Source: Podarcis erhardii (lineage: Eukaryota). From it: 64,000 bases of DNA. Numbering within the stretch: the stretch's first letter is position 1; each line of letters begins with the position of its first letter. The position numbers and the translations under genes were made by a program. Location: assembly GCA_964252035.1 (NCBI GenBank), contig OZ176205.1; one strand, given 5' to 3'. Positions 29,855 through 40,410 of the stretch are shown here, one piece after another. The notes under the pieces were generated by a model. The model had not been told where the DNA came from. It did not search any database and saw only the letters and a program-made list of their open reading frames with translations.

Positions 29855-30047
29855 AGGGGAAGGGTTGTGGCTCAGCTTTAGAGCACATGCTTTTTCATTC
29901 AGAAGGGCCAAGTTCAATCCCTGGTAGCTCCAGTTACGGCTGGTAATAACCTCCGTCTCACTCTGGTGAGCAGCCGCCAATCAGATAATTTTAAGCAAGA
30001 TGGACCAATTGTCTGACTCAGTATAAGGCAGCTTGCTTAAGTTCCTG
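29855..30047 (+). mobile_element. Squam2-like SINE
   Basis: gtggctcag..tagagca...cagaagg.cc.agttcaatccctgg head; gatggaccaat.gtctgactcagtataaggcagctt end. Confidence 0.7.
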
Positions 30048-30134
30048 ATGCTGTTCTCTAACTGAAACAAACAAACAATTTCTTTGCATATGGTGTTTTA
30101 ATCCCTAGTTTATCCTCCCCGCCTCTGTTCCCTC

Positions 30135-30170
<36 letters not shown>

Positions 30171-30196
30171 TAAGGCTATTTCTTCAGTTATCTGTA

Positions 30197-30405
30197 CAGT
30201 GGTACCTTGGGTTACAGACGCTTCAGGTTACAGACTCCGCTAACCCAGAAATAGTGCTTCAGGTTAAGAACTTTGCTTCAGGATGAGAACAGAAATTGTG
30301 CTCCGGCGGCGTGGCAGCAGCAGGAGGCCCCATTAGCTAAAGTGGTGCTTCAGGTTAAGAACAGACCTCCGGAACGAATTAAGTACTTAACCTGAGGTAC
30401 CACTG
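30197..30405. mobile_element. Tigger-like MITE
   Basis: TA|CAGTGGTACCT...AGGTACCACTG|TA; same family as 56065-56282. Confidence 0.9.
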
Positions 30406-30556
30406 TATTATGTAAATCTACCCCCCCCCCCCAAACTCTGTAAGTTATTTACAAATGCTTGAATGGCTTGTAATCCTTTCCTCCCTTGTTCAAAAATAAA
30501 TAAAAATGATTTATAAAAAGGAGAGGGGGGAAATCCTTCAAATGAAGTACAGTAGT

Positions 30557-30584
30557 CAACAACAACAACAACAACAACAACAAC
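30557..30584. repeat. (CAA)n microsatellite; (AC)n at about 30137-30166 nearby
   Basis: Direct inspection. Confidence 0.9.
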
Positions 30585-32284
30585 ACCTCAGTATAAAGAA
30601 GTGCCACAACAACAGAGAGGGCCTCATCTGGAGTTTGCAAAAACAGAACAATGAAGAGGTTTGTAAACCAGCTTCCAGCTCCCTTTTTATTTTTACCTTT
30701 GACACTGTGGCTACCCCTTAGACAAGGGATATTTTCAGTGTCTTAACCAATTATTCCTCTCATCTCATGATGGGACATGGGATTATACCCTCACTCTCTA
30801 TAGGAAGATAACCTCAGTGTACCAAGGGTCATACAAGAGAAGACACTCAGAGTAAAAGAGAAAATTACAAAGAGGCTGGGATTTTTTTTTGTTTATTTAT
30901 TGGATTACTTACCTGCCCCTCACCATAAGGTCCAAGGATGGGTTGCAACTATAAAATAGTATGTACAAAATTAAAAACAGTTAAAACAATTTACATCAGG
31001 ATATTAATTATCAAAACCAGTTAAAAGTGGTTTTATATCAGAAGAGTAGGGTAGGTCCTAAAATGTAGGCTGTATATGTCAGATACAGTTTAAGACTAGC
31101 AAGTCCTGCTATTTCTAGGGGTTGAACTATGAAAGATCTTGATTCCATTATTCTTGTCAGGGGTGAGAGAAATTTAATGTACACCATAGCAAGTTAGTGG
31201 TTCTGCCATTAAAACACTATGAAAAGCGCCCCAAAGTAGCAAGAAACTCTTTGAATGTTTCTCAGTTTAAGTTAAGGCCTGAATTGTGTTAATTTAGAAA
31301 AGTGCTGCTAGAGTTGTCTGATGTCCTATTTTTAAAGGACAGCTCCTGATTTTAGAATACCACACCCTCCTACTCAAGATGCAGCGAGGGGAATAAATCA
31401 CCCTCTAGTTCCGTACAGAAGTTGTCTTTATCCTCATCTCAATTTAGTAGGAATAGGTTTCTGTGGCATTCCAGCAAGGGGGAAACAAAAAAAGCTCTAA
31501 TGTTGCCTATCCAGCTGGGAAGGCAACATCTTTCTATCAGAATATAGTGGAGATTTCCACCTCTCTTCAGTCCAAAATGATATAGGACTGAAACACTAGC
31601 CTACCCAGCCAGGAATCCAGGCAAAAAGAGGATTTTTCCACCAATATTTTAAATAAATCAGAACACCACGAGGTATTTTGCCTGGACGTCTGCCCTCCTC
31701 ATGCCTCATTGTTTTGGAACAATATGAGCAGTTTATCACATGTTGTCCTCTAGCCATACAATTCCACTTGTCCATTAAAAACTGCATTGTTTGGAGGGAA
31801 AAATTATAATCACAGCCAGCAAGGCTGGGGAAGACAGATATTGTGTGGCATTTCAGCTGTTGCACTTTCAAATGGAATCAGGGGGTCCTGCAGATGTTTT
31901 CCATTCTACAATGCTGGTGATCTAAAAGGAATCCCTCCCGCCAGTGTTGTAAAAACAAGGGATTTGAACATCAAAGAATATGGAAATGAAAGGTCACATG
32001 AAGAATCAAGGGCAGTTCTGGGATCCAAATACATCCCCCCTTCTTCAGAGGTGGTTTGGCTTCAGAGCAATACCACTTTCCTCACCTGATACCTCTAGAG
32101 GAGGAGTATATCATAGCAATTGCTGGGCTGAGCCAGAACAAATGCCCATACCACAGAGATATCTTTCTCCAGATCTAAATGAAAAAATGAGTAAGGAATA
32201 GGGGAGTGCAGTGATTTGTCCCAAGCTCTCATATTCTGTTGTGATGCTGCACCCTAACATCCTGACTAATAATTTTAGGGGGGG

Positions 32285-32520
32285 GGGAGATCATAGCTCC
32301 ATGATGGGGCACACAGAATCATAGAATTGTAGTGTTGAAAGGGACCCTGAGGTTCAACCCCCTTCAATGCAGTGCTTTGATGCAGAAGGTTCCATGTCCA
32401 GTCTTTATCATCACCAGTTTAAAAAGGATGAGGTAAGGGTTGCTTCCAATCAGAGCAGATTATTATAGGCTAGATGGACAAAAAGCCTGACCTGGTAAAA
32501 GATTGTTTCCTGTGTTCCGT
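32285..32520 (+). mobile_element. Squam2-like SINE with an inverted CR1 tail inserted at about 32315-32372
   Basis: SINE head ..atagctc is broken by agaatcatagaattgtag.gttg.aagggaccc and resumes tgctttgatgcagaagg...gctagatggac. Confidence 0.5.
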
Positions 32521-33027
32521 TAAAATAAACATTTGTTCTGTTAATTTTAATCTTGGTTATAGTGTTGCATGGCACCCCAGTCTCTAGCAGTGCAAGATTC
32601 CTGGTGTTCCAGACCCTTACCTAAGGTTCATGTTTCCTTTTGGACTGTGGTATCTTTATGATATGTGCTTTATTTACACATCTATACAACCTGAGCCTGC
32701 GATGGAGGGGTTCACAGCATCAACCCCCCCAAAAGTTATTGTTTCTCCCATAACCACAGCCTTGGATTCAAACAGAAACCAAACATTTCTCTCATACTTT
32801 GCCCTGACTTTCTCTCCGGCTTGCTGCTTTCCTTCTAGGTCACATCATCCTGGCTTTGTTTTCTAACTAACCACGAGCAGCCCCTCCCATTTTCTGTCTC
32901 ACACAGAGCCCTTTCCTCCATTTCCCTTAATGGCCCATCACCCAGGCTGTCACCTCTACACAGGAAGCTAGTGGCCCTTATGTCAACACTTGCTGGATTC
33001 AAGGGACAGGAGAATCTCACATATAGC

Positions 33028-33316
33028 CTTCTTCTTTGGCAATCACTTGTAGCCGAGTAAGATTATCTTCTATAAACACAGTTTTAACAGTGAGTCTGTA
33101 AGTGACTGTGAAGGCCAATTCTGGATCTACATGTCCTTCCACATTGGGAACATAGATTTCTGAGCGGAAGTTGATCATGGTGAGGATTTGCCACACATGC
33201 CTTCCTCTTAGCTCGTTTCTCCCTTTTGTCCTGAGTTTTGAGCGTCTTCAAAACCCATGACACCTTTGGTAAAGGCTGTTCTCCAATTGGAGTGCTCGCG
33301 GGCCAGTGTTTCCCAG
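33028..33316 (-). mobile_element. RTE LINE 3' fragment, same family as 7510-8415
   Basis: Reverse complement of 8130-8415 (ctgggaaacactggcc...gctacaagtgattgccaaagaagaag). Confidence 0.85.
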
Positions 33317-33744
33317 CACATAGCCTACTTCCTCCCTAACAAACTCATAACAATATTATTATCCATTGCTAGATCAATGAATTTCATGGGACTAGTTGGA
33401 CTCACCTATTTAAAGTCATTTTATACATCCTAAAGTGGCTACCTAGCTTTTTAATTTGTTGTAGTTTTCTATTTTGTTGTTGGTAATTAATTAATTAATT
33501 GCATGCATGTAGAGTGACAGCTACTCTAGTGCTGTGCCTAAGAGACATGAGCTGGAAAATCCTTCCCTACTTTGACTCACATCCTTGCCTTGAACTTTCT
33601 CCCAAGCCTTAGGCTAACCCCTCTCTCTTTCAGTTACAGACAGCCCCACTCCCATCTACAATGTATGTGGATTCATGATATCCCTGCCCAATCAATGAGG
33701 TCTTTGAGAAAGTCAATTTTAGCTGTCCCCCATGACTTGTATGT

Positions 33745-33980
33745 ACCAGGAGTCCTGCATTCTATATTGTGGGCCCAGGTTTATGGAACTCACTTCCAGG
33801 TGAGGTTCCAGACAGACCCTCCCTGTTGAACTTCCAGTACCTATTGAAGATTTTCTACTCAAACAGGCATTTTAACAGTATTCTGATTTTATAGTTTTCA
33901 CTTATTTTTATCTTTAGTGTATTGAGCGAGTTGTTACACCACTTAGAGATGATTGTAATGAAGCAGTATATAAATTGTCA
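33745..33980 (+). mobile_element. Old L2 3' end
   Basis: gcattctat..tgtgggccca..tttatggaactcacttcc...caggcatttta and tail gcagtatataaat. Confidence 0.5.
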
Positions 33981-34980
33981 AAATGAATCAAATCATCCTC
34001 ATCATCCTTACAGGGTTCATCAAGATAATGTATGCAAAGTGCTTTGAAGAGTCAAGTACTATATTGCATCAGTAGTAGAAGCACTAGAAGTAGGAAGGAA
34101 GTTTCTCAAACTTTGTGAGCTTCCCTAAATCGTATAAAATTTGCTTGATGTGTCTTAAGTGTATGTACTCAAAAAATATTGGCTATTATTCAAACCAACA
34201 TTTGATAGTATTCAAGCCAAATATTAGAAAAAGGAATATCAAGGGGATGCAATTTCCAAAGAATTTTTTTTAAAAAAGTAAAGGAAAGTAACACCAGTGG
34301 AATAACTCTGTTAGGGCCAAATGAAATGTCAGAAATAGTGAGCAGGTTTTCAAATTTCCCAAAACTCTTTTTCAGGCTAGGAAATAGACACATTAAATAA
34401 AAAAACAACAACAGTAGGGGGAGATAAAACTGGAGCGATGGAAAATCCTCTGTCTGCATTTTGCCAAAGTCTCAAAAATAGAAGACTGGTGCTTTGCGGA
34501 CTTAATTAGGTTAGACCTCTCCTTCTGAAAGCAGAAAAGCCAGGCTATCAATTATGCAGATCTGTCTCTAATCTGTTATTCAGATTAAGATCAGACCAGT
34601 TAGTAGCTCATGGCAGAGTCTCTTTGTGTGCAACAGAGGACTGGCTAATGATGGCAGTACTTTGTGATCAACCTGAACGTTAAGTCAAAACATGTGAGGA
34701 GGTGTTAATGGGGAAATTCTAAACAGCAACTGAGTAGTGACTCAGCCCAGTAGGAATGCTTTGTATGGATGCTGTTGGGAACAGTGCTGGAGGCCCAGGG
34801 GAATCTCATAAAGTGCAACCCTAAACAATATGCTCATAATTAAGTCCCATTGATTTCAATGAGGCTTACTCCCAGATAGGTCCAGTTACAGATAGGTAGC
34901 CGTGTTGGTCTGCCATGGTCAAAACAAAATAAAAAAATTCCTTCCAGTAGCACCTTAAAGACCAACTGAGTTAGTTCTAG

Positions 34981-35018
34981 GTATGAGCTTTCGTGTGCAT
35001 GCACACTTCTTCAGATAC
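34981..35018 (-). ncRNA. Mirror-image hammerhead ribozyme motif on the minus strand
   Basis: Exact reverse complement of 35025-35062. Confidence 0.65.
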
Positions 35019-35024
35019 ACATGT

Positions 35025-35062
35025 GTATCTGAAGAAGTGTGCATGCACACGAAAGCTCATAC
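35025..35062 (+). ncRNA. Minimal type I hammerhead ribozyme motif, Penelope type
   Basis: Stem I GTAT/ATAC; core CUGAAGA; extra A; stem II GTGTG-CATG-CACAC; GAAA; palindromic AGCU in place of stem III; predicted cleavage after C35058. Confidence 0.65.
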
Positions 35063-36009
35063 CTAGAACTAACTCAGTTGGTCTTTAAGGTGCTACTGGA
35101 AGGAATTCCCAGATAGGTGTTTATAAAATGTTTGCAAGTTATATCATAGTTTCCCTGTGTGGCATGTGTGACATCACTGATCTTAGTAACTGGGCAGGTT
35201 GTTAAGGAAGAAGGCACTATTTTAGATATTTTAACTCTTTCGTGTATATGTAGTATAAGCATCTTGAGTTGGACTAAAAAGCAAATTGGCAAGCTGAACA
35301 GAATACTTAGTAGCCAGATAGGTCACCTGTTCACAGTCTTTCCCAGTATGCTGATATGTATTGCATTATTCAAATTACAGTATTTTAAAAAAAGCTAGCA
35401 CATATACATATAAATTATAAATTAGCAAATGCAAAATTTATGTATAATAATAATAATAATAATAATAATGAATCACTTTCCATGAGGCATTTCCCCCCCA
35501 CAAAGGCCCACTCTTCCATTATCTCCTGAGACAGACACATGCCAGCAACAATGAGATTTAAAATATATACCGTATGTCCTCTTTTCTTCTTTTTCATTTT
35601 TTAATGATGCATTTTGTCTTCTTTTTTGGTAGTGTGGAAGTGGCCACTGGGTTCAGTTGATCATTTACATGTGATAAAAACTGCAGCAATGCTTCCAGAA
35701 TGTAATTTCTTTTCCGTTGTCTTCTTCCAAGAGAGAGACAGGCTTTTACATGTCATAGGCATGTGGGAAATCGGTACTCATTGAGTTTCATCTCACTCAT
35801 TTTGCCTACTATGATATGAAGCTGATCAGCTTAGTGTGGTTTAGCATCCCAGGCAGGCTGATTTATATCTCCAAAATGAAAGGGCTGATTATGTCAGCAG
35901 GGCCAGCAAAATACATTGTGCTACTTGAGGCAGGTATATCAGCTCCCCTCCTCCTTTGAGAGGTGTTACTTACATATATGTACTGGTGCATTAGCAGGCA
36001 TCCGACTGC

Positions 36010-36081
36010 CCACTGTGAAAACAGAATGCTGGACTAGAAGGGGCTTTGGTCTGATCCAGCAGGGCACTTCTTATATTCTTA
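36010..36081 (+). mobile_element. CR1 3' terminal fragment
   Basis: ccactgtgaaaacagaatgctggactag..ggg..ttggtctgatccagcagggc.cttcttat.ttctta. Confidence 0.65.
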
Positions 36082-38047
36082 ATGGCAAATACTGCCTGAA
36101 GTTTCACTGTAGTAAATAGTGAAATTTTAAACAGTTATTCTCTAGGACACCCTTTCACACAATTGCATTCCTTGGCTTGCAAACAAAATGGCAGCCTGTT
36201 GGCCAAATGTTGCATAGACAACATTCCATAGAGCACTTTAAGAGCACGGCTGCCTTTTGCTGCAGCAGCCAAGTGGTGGCTCTCCTAGAGGCCACACCAT
36301 AATGGATTGGGGGTGGGGGCAGCATCTTGAGTTAGCAAGGTAGCAAGCCAGCAGCAGTTGCAGCTCACAGCCCCACGGGCAAAGCAAAAAGCAGAGGGGC
36401 TGGGGGGCACTGATCCATCACCTCTCACATTGCTTAATGAGGGACCCACCCTGTATGCCAGTCTTTAGATATTTCTATAGTAGAATGCCTAAGTACTTAG
36501 TTTCTATGTACTTAGTAGAATGCCTATGTACTTAGTTTCTCCTTTATGATGGTTATGTAGCATTTTGCCCTATGGGGCTGTTTAGGTCTTGGTGTGATTA
36601 ATGTATGTGATGCCAGATTGTATTTTCTTTATTCCGTGCTTTTATGTACAGCTCTTTTATTGTATTGATTTTAGTGTTGTTTTGTATCTGTTTTATTGTA
36701 TGGTGCCATCTTTTTTGGAGGTGCAAGGCCTGTGAGAAATCCTCTCCTGTAATGGCTCCCAAACTTAGAATTCCTTTCTTTTACAGCTGCATCAGGCACC
36801 ATCTTTAGCTGGTGGCTGCAGATGCACCTGTTCTCCTTGACCTTTCTCTGTTGAAATGTTATTGTCAGTGCCTCTCTGGTATGTAATGGCATCACACTGC
36901 AGTTCACTTGGCCACAGACAGGTGCTTTTTGCGAAATATGGTGTGACCACAAACTAGGCTCTCAGAGCTGCTGGGTCATTGCATCAGAGCTGGAGAGCGA
37001 GAAGGAGGAAACCAGAGACAGAGGCAGTTGGGCAGGTAGCCCCTAGAGGGTTGCAGAGGTTTGGCAAGTGGGAGGTGTTTCTTTGGCAAATTCTTTTGGT
37101 AGGGAAGGGGCTTTGGCAAGGAGTAAAGACTGGGGGCAGGTCGCTTAGTAGAGTGGGGTTGATGGGGGGCATGCAGAGTTGGGGAACAAAGCAAGGAGGG
37201 GTCACAGCCCCTAGTATGTATGTGTGTACAGAGAGACAGACAGACAGACAGCGAAAATGTTATGCTGTTGTGGGTGGGGTTATTTGATTTGTTTCATTGA
37301 ACTGTGCTATATTTTGTATTCTCCTTCCATGAAAAGTTTGACCTGCTACATTGGAGTGTGTCAGGCTGCTGTTAAAGCTGTAGGAGCAGAACTAAGAAGA
37401 AAAGAAAAGAAAAAGTGGCAACCTTCCTTGGATGGGGAAAACCCAGCAAGCATCCACGTGAGAGGCCCTCCCAATGTGAGTGATGCATCATCAACATAAA
37501 CACCAAATTAGAGGCCTGAGCCTGTGGCTGAGACAGCCCTAATTACAAGTGGAAATGAGCCTTATAAAAAAAATAAGAACATGACAGGGTTTCACAATCC
37601 CTGCAGCAAAGAAACCAGAAAGAAAAGACAAAGGGTTGCAGGTCTACATTTTTGTCTAGCAGGAGCTTCTTTCAGATATTTTATTGTGCTATATTTAACA
37701 ATGAATAGTAGATTTCAGTTACTATCAAGGGTAATTTATATAACTCTTTGGAAACGTGCAAAGAATTTTAGCATATTTATTTTGCACTGCCCTCAAAGTA
37801 ACTTTATGAAGTAGGTTGCTCTTCCCTTTTCACAGGTAGGAATAGGTTCTTTTGTTCACTGTATAAATTCTAAATTAAATTGCCGCTGTCATCTGTTGCA
37901 ATTCATTTAAGGATCTCTTCTTAGGTGTAGTAGATAAGCTCTTGGTGAAACATTTTGCATGAAAAAATAACCTGATAAATAGAAAGTAAAACTAGCCGAG
38001 TAGATTTTAAAAAGGAAGAATAAATAATCTAATGTTATTTGGTAGTC

Positions 38048-38310
38048 GAGAGCCAGTGTGGTGTAGTGGTTAAGAGCGGTAGTCTCATAATCCTGGGGAA
38101 CCGGGTTCGCGTCTCCGCTCCTCCACATGCAGCTGCTGGGTGACCTTGGGCTAGTTACACTTCTTTGAAGTCTCTCAGCCCCACTCACCTCACAGAGTGT
38201 TTGTTGTGGGGGAGGAAGGGAAAGGAGAATGTTAGCCGCTTTGAGACTCCTTAAAGGGAGTGAAAGGCGGGATATCAAATCCAAACTACTCTTTTTCTTC
38301 TTCTTCTTCT
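38048..38310 (+). mobile_element. Young Squam3-like SINE
   Basis: gagagccagtgtggtgtagtggttaagag A-box, gggttcgcgtctcc B-box, CORE-like body and (CTT)n tail; same subfamily as 49404-49681. Confidence 0.8.
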
Positions 38311-38492
38311 AGTCTAATGCCAAAATAAGAAGGGCTTACAAGACAAATGAGCAAGGAACCTGCTTTCTACATAGCAAAATCTTTAGGCCATCTTTTTTTA
38401 ACTTCTGCTCTCTATTTGGAAATCAGACTGTCTGCTGAATACAGGAAAGTTGCCTTATAGAAAATTGAACTGCTGGTCCAACTAGCTCAGTA

Positions 38493-39425
38493 CAGTGGTG
38501 CCTCGCAAGACAAAATTAATTCGTTCCGCAAGTTTTTTCGTCTTGCGAGTTTTTCGTCTTGCGAAGCACGGTTTCCCATAGGAATGCATTGAAAATCAAT
38601 TAATGCGTTCCTATGGAGACCGCTTGCCAGGCTGGCGGTGCGGAGAAGGGCTTTTCTCCCCACCGCAAGCCTTCAGGACAGGTACGGGAACAGAGGGGAA
38701 GGTGCGCGGCGCTTCTGCTCTGTTCCCGGGGCTTGCGGTGGTAGGAAGGTTTTTCCTCCCCACCGCCAACATTCAGAACAGCCTTCCGAATGTTGGCGGT
38801 GGGAAGGAAAACCCTCCTCCCACTGCAAGTCTTCAGGACAGCCTTCCGAAGGCTGGCGGCGGCGGGAGGTCTCTCCGCCCCACCGCCAGCCTTCGGAGCA
38901 GCCTTCCGAAGGCTGGCGGTGGGGCGGAGAGACCTCCTCCCGCCGCCAGCCTTCGGAGCAGCCTTCCGAAGGCTGGCGGCGGGAGGAGGTCTCTCCGCCC
39001 CACTGCCAGCCTTCGGACAGGTACGGGAACAGAGGGGAAGGCGCGCAGCGCTTCTCTTCTGTTCCCGGGGCTTGCGGTGGGAGGAGGGTTTTTCCTCCCC
39101 ACCGCCAACATTCAGAACAGCATTCTGAATGTTGGCGGTGGGAAGGAAAACCCTCCTCCCACCGCAAGTCTTCAGGACAGCCATCCGAAGGCTGGCGCGG
39201 GGAGAAGGTCTCTCCGCCCCACCGCCAGCCTTCGGAGGAGGTCCGAGGACAGTGGGGAAGACGCGCTGCGCTTCCCCGCTGTCCCGGAGATTTCCCTATG
39301 GGTTTTCGTCTTGCGAAGGAAGCCCATAGGGAAATTCGTTTTGCGAAGCGCCTCGAAAAACGGAAAACCCTTTCGTCTAGCGGGTTTTTCGTCTTGCGAG
39401 GCGTTCGTCTTGCGGGGCACCACTG
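38493..39425. mobile_element. 933-bp Tigger-like MITE with an internal GC-rich 60-bp hairpin array
   Basis: TA|CAGTGGTGCCTCGCAAGAC...GTCTTGCGGGGCACCACTG|TA; 60-bp units at 38761-39017; internal duplication with a period of about 340 bp. Confidence 0.9.
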
Positions 39426-40283
39426 TATTGGCTACACTGTTTGGCATCAACTCTCCAGAGTTTAATTCAGACCTATTACATTGTTTAGCCACATAAGGAG
39501 ACAAAAGGCTTTTCCAAATATCTGTTTTATTTAACAATAAATCCGTTGTCACTATTTACAGGGGTCCAAAAAACAGCAAATTTATTTGTGGACAAACTGC
39601 ATTTTTACTAACAATAAGCTGCCAGCACATGCTGTTTCTGGGCAAATTTCCCACAACCATTTTTCTCCATTACAGACTAGAACATCATGTGAAATGTGGT
39701 TGTATCTGTCATAGGATCCTTTCGGTGCGTGCCAGTGACATCATGACTGACCAGTGACATACTCTTCCATGGCTCCGATTCACTCCATTTTCAGAACTTT
39801 TAAAAAAGGTTGTGTAGAATTGAAAATAATTTTCCAGAACATTCCAGAAGAAGTACTAATGTAACTGTTCAATAGTTTGGAAATGGAAAAGCAAATGACA
39901 AGACTATCTTCACCCCACTGTACTCTGTAATTTTGCAACATGTTCCTCTGCTTTTGTATAACTAGGGGATGTGCTCCCCTCTTTTCAGTGCTGGAATCAG
40001 TGTGTATCTACTGAGGGTGAATGTTTTAAAAGCCCGAAGGAACAGACTATTTACTTATTCTACCACGTAGCTATCTTTAGTGCTGCAAGGCTATTCAGTA
40101 CCCCCTTCAAAAAAAAACCTGTGTGTATAGGTTATTGTGCCACTTTACTGGAGCTAAGAAAATAGAATCCATTTTCTGCCATCTGTAACGACCCAAATAC
40201 AAAGCAGAAATGAGAGCAAAGTGCAGTATGCTATGCAGCTGAAATTGGAACTGTAAGATTATGTGAAAACATCACAGACTTCA

Positions 40284-40410
40284 TGTGTATCTGATGAAGT
40301 GGGCTCTAGTCCACTAGCATTTATGCCACAATAAATTCATCAAGTCTTTCAGGTGCCTAAGACTCTTTGAGGTTTTGCTGCAACAGGAATTAGTATGGCT
40401 ACCCTTCTGG
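40284..40410 (+). mobile_element. Old Penelope-like terminal fragment with a decayed hammerhead motif
   Basis: gtgtat-CTGATGA-agtgggctctagtccac...gtcttt.aggtgc...atggctaccctt mirrors the layout of the younger copies; GAAA is lost. Confidence 0.6.

Larger units (their letters stand above)
34882..35107. mobile_element. Penelope-like fold-back insertion with a perfect 172-bp palindrome
   Basis: Same terminus as the 9708 copy; 34936-35021 is the exact reverse complement of 35022-35107; TSD TCCCAGATAGGT at 34870-34881 and 35107-35118. Confidence 0.88.

Noticed and set aside
29855-29935. tRNA genes at SINE heads (also 38048 and 44300)
   Set aside because: The A/B boxes run into SINE bodies and no full cloverleaf is present.
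34190-34459. 89-aa minus ORF faintly like an L1 ORF2 C-terminus
   Set aside because: Similarity too weak to call by eye; no tail or flanking support.
36478-36540. 35-bp tandem duplication
   Set aside because: Ordinary local slippage with only two units.
37907-38284. Similar ORFs here and at 49382-49738 suggesting a gene family
   Set aside because: Both are antisense translations of the same Squam3-like SINE subfamily.
38761-39017. Possible CRISPR-like array of palindromic repeats
   Set aside because: Vertebrate DNA, no cas genes, and the spacers are reverse complements of each other rather than unique sequences.
38600-39552. Long ORFs (297, 275, 194, 164 aa and others) on both strands
   Set aside because: They lie in a GC-rich 60-bp palindromic array inside a MITE with intact TIRs and TA TSD; there are no transposase motifs, and the period and composition explain the lack of stops.
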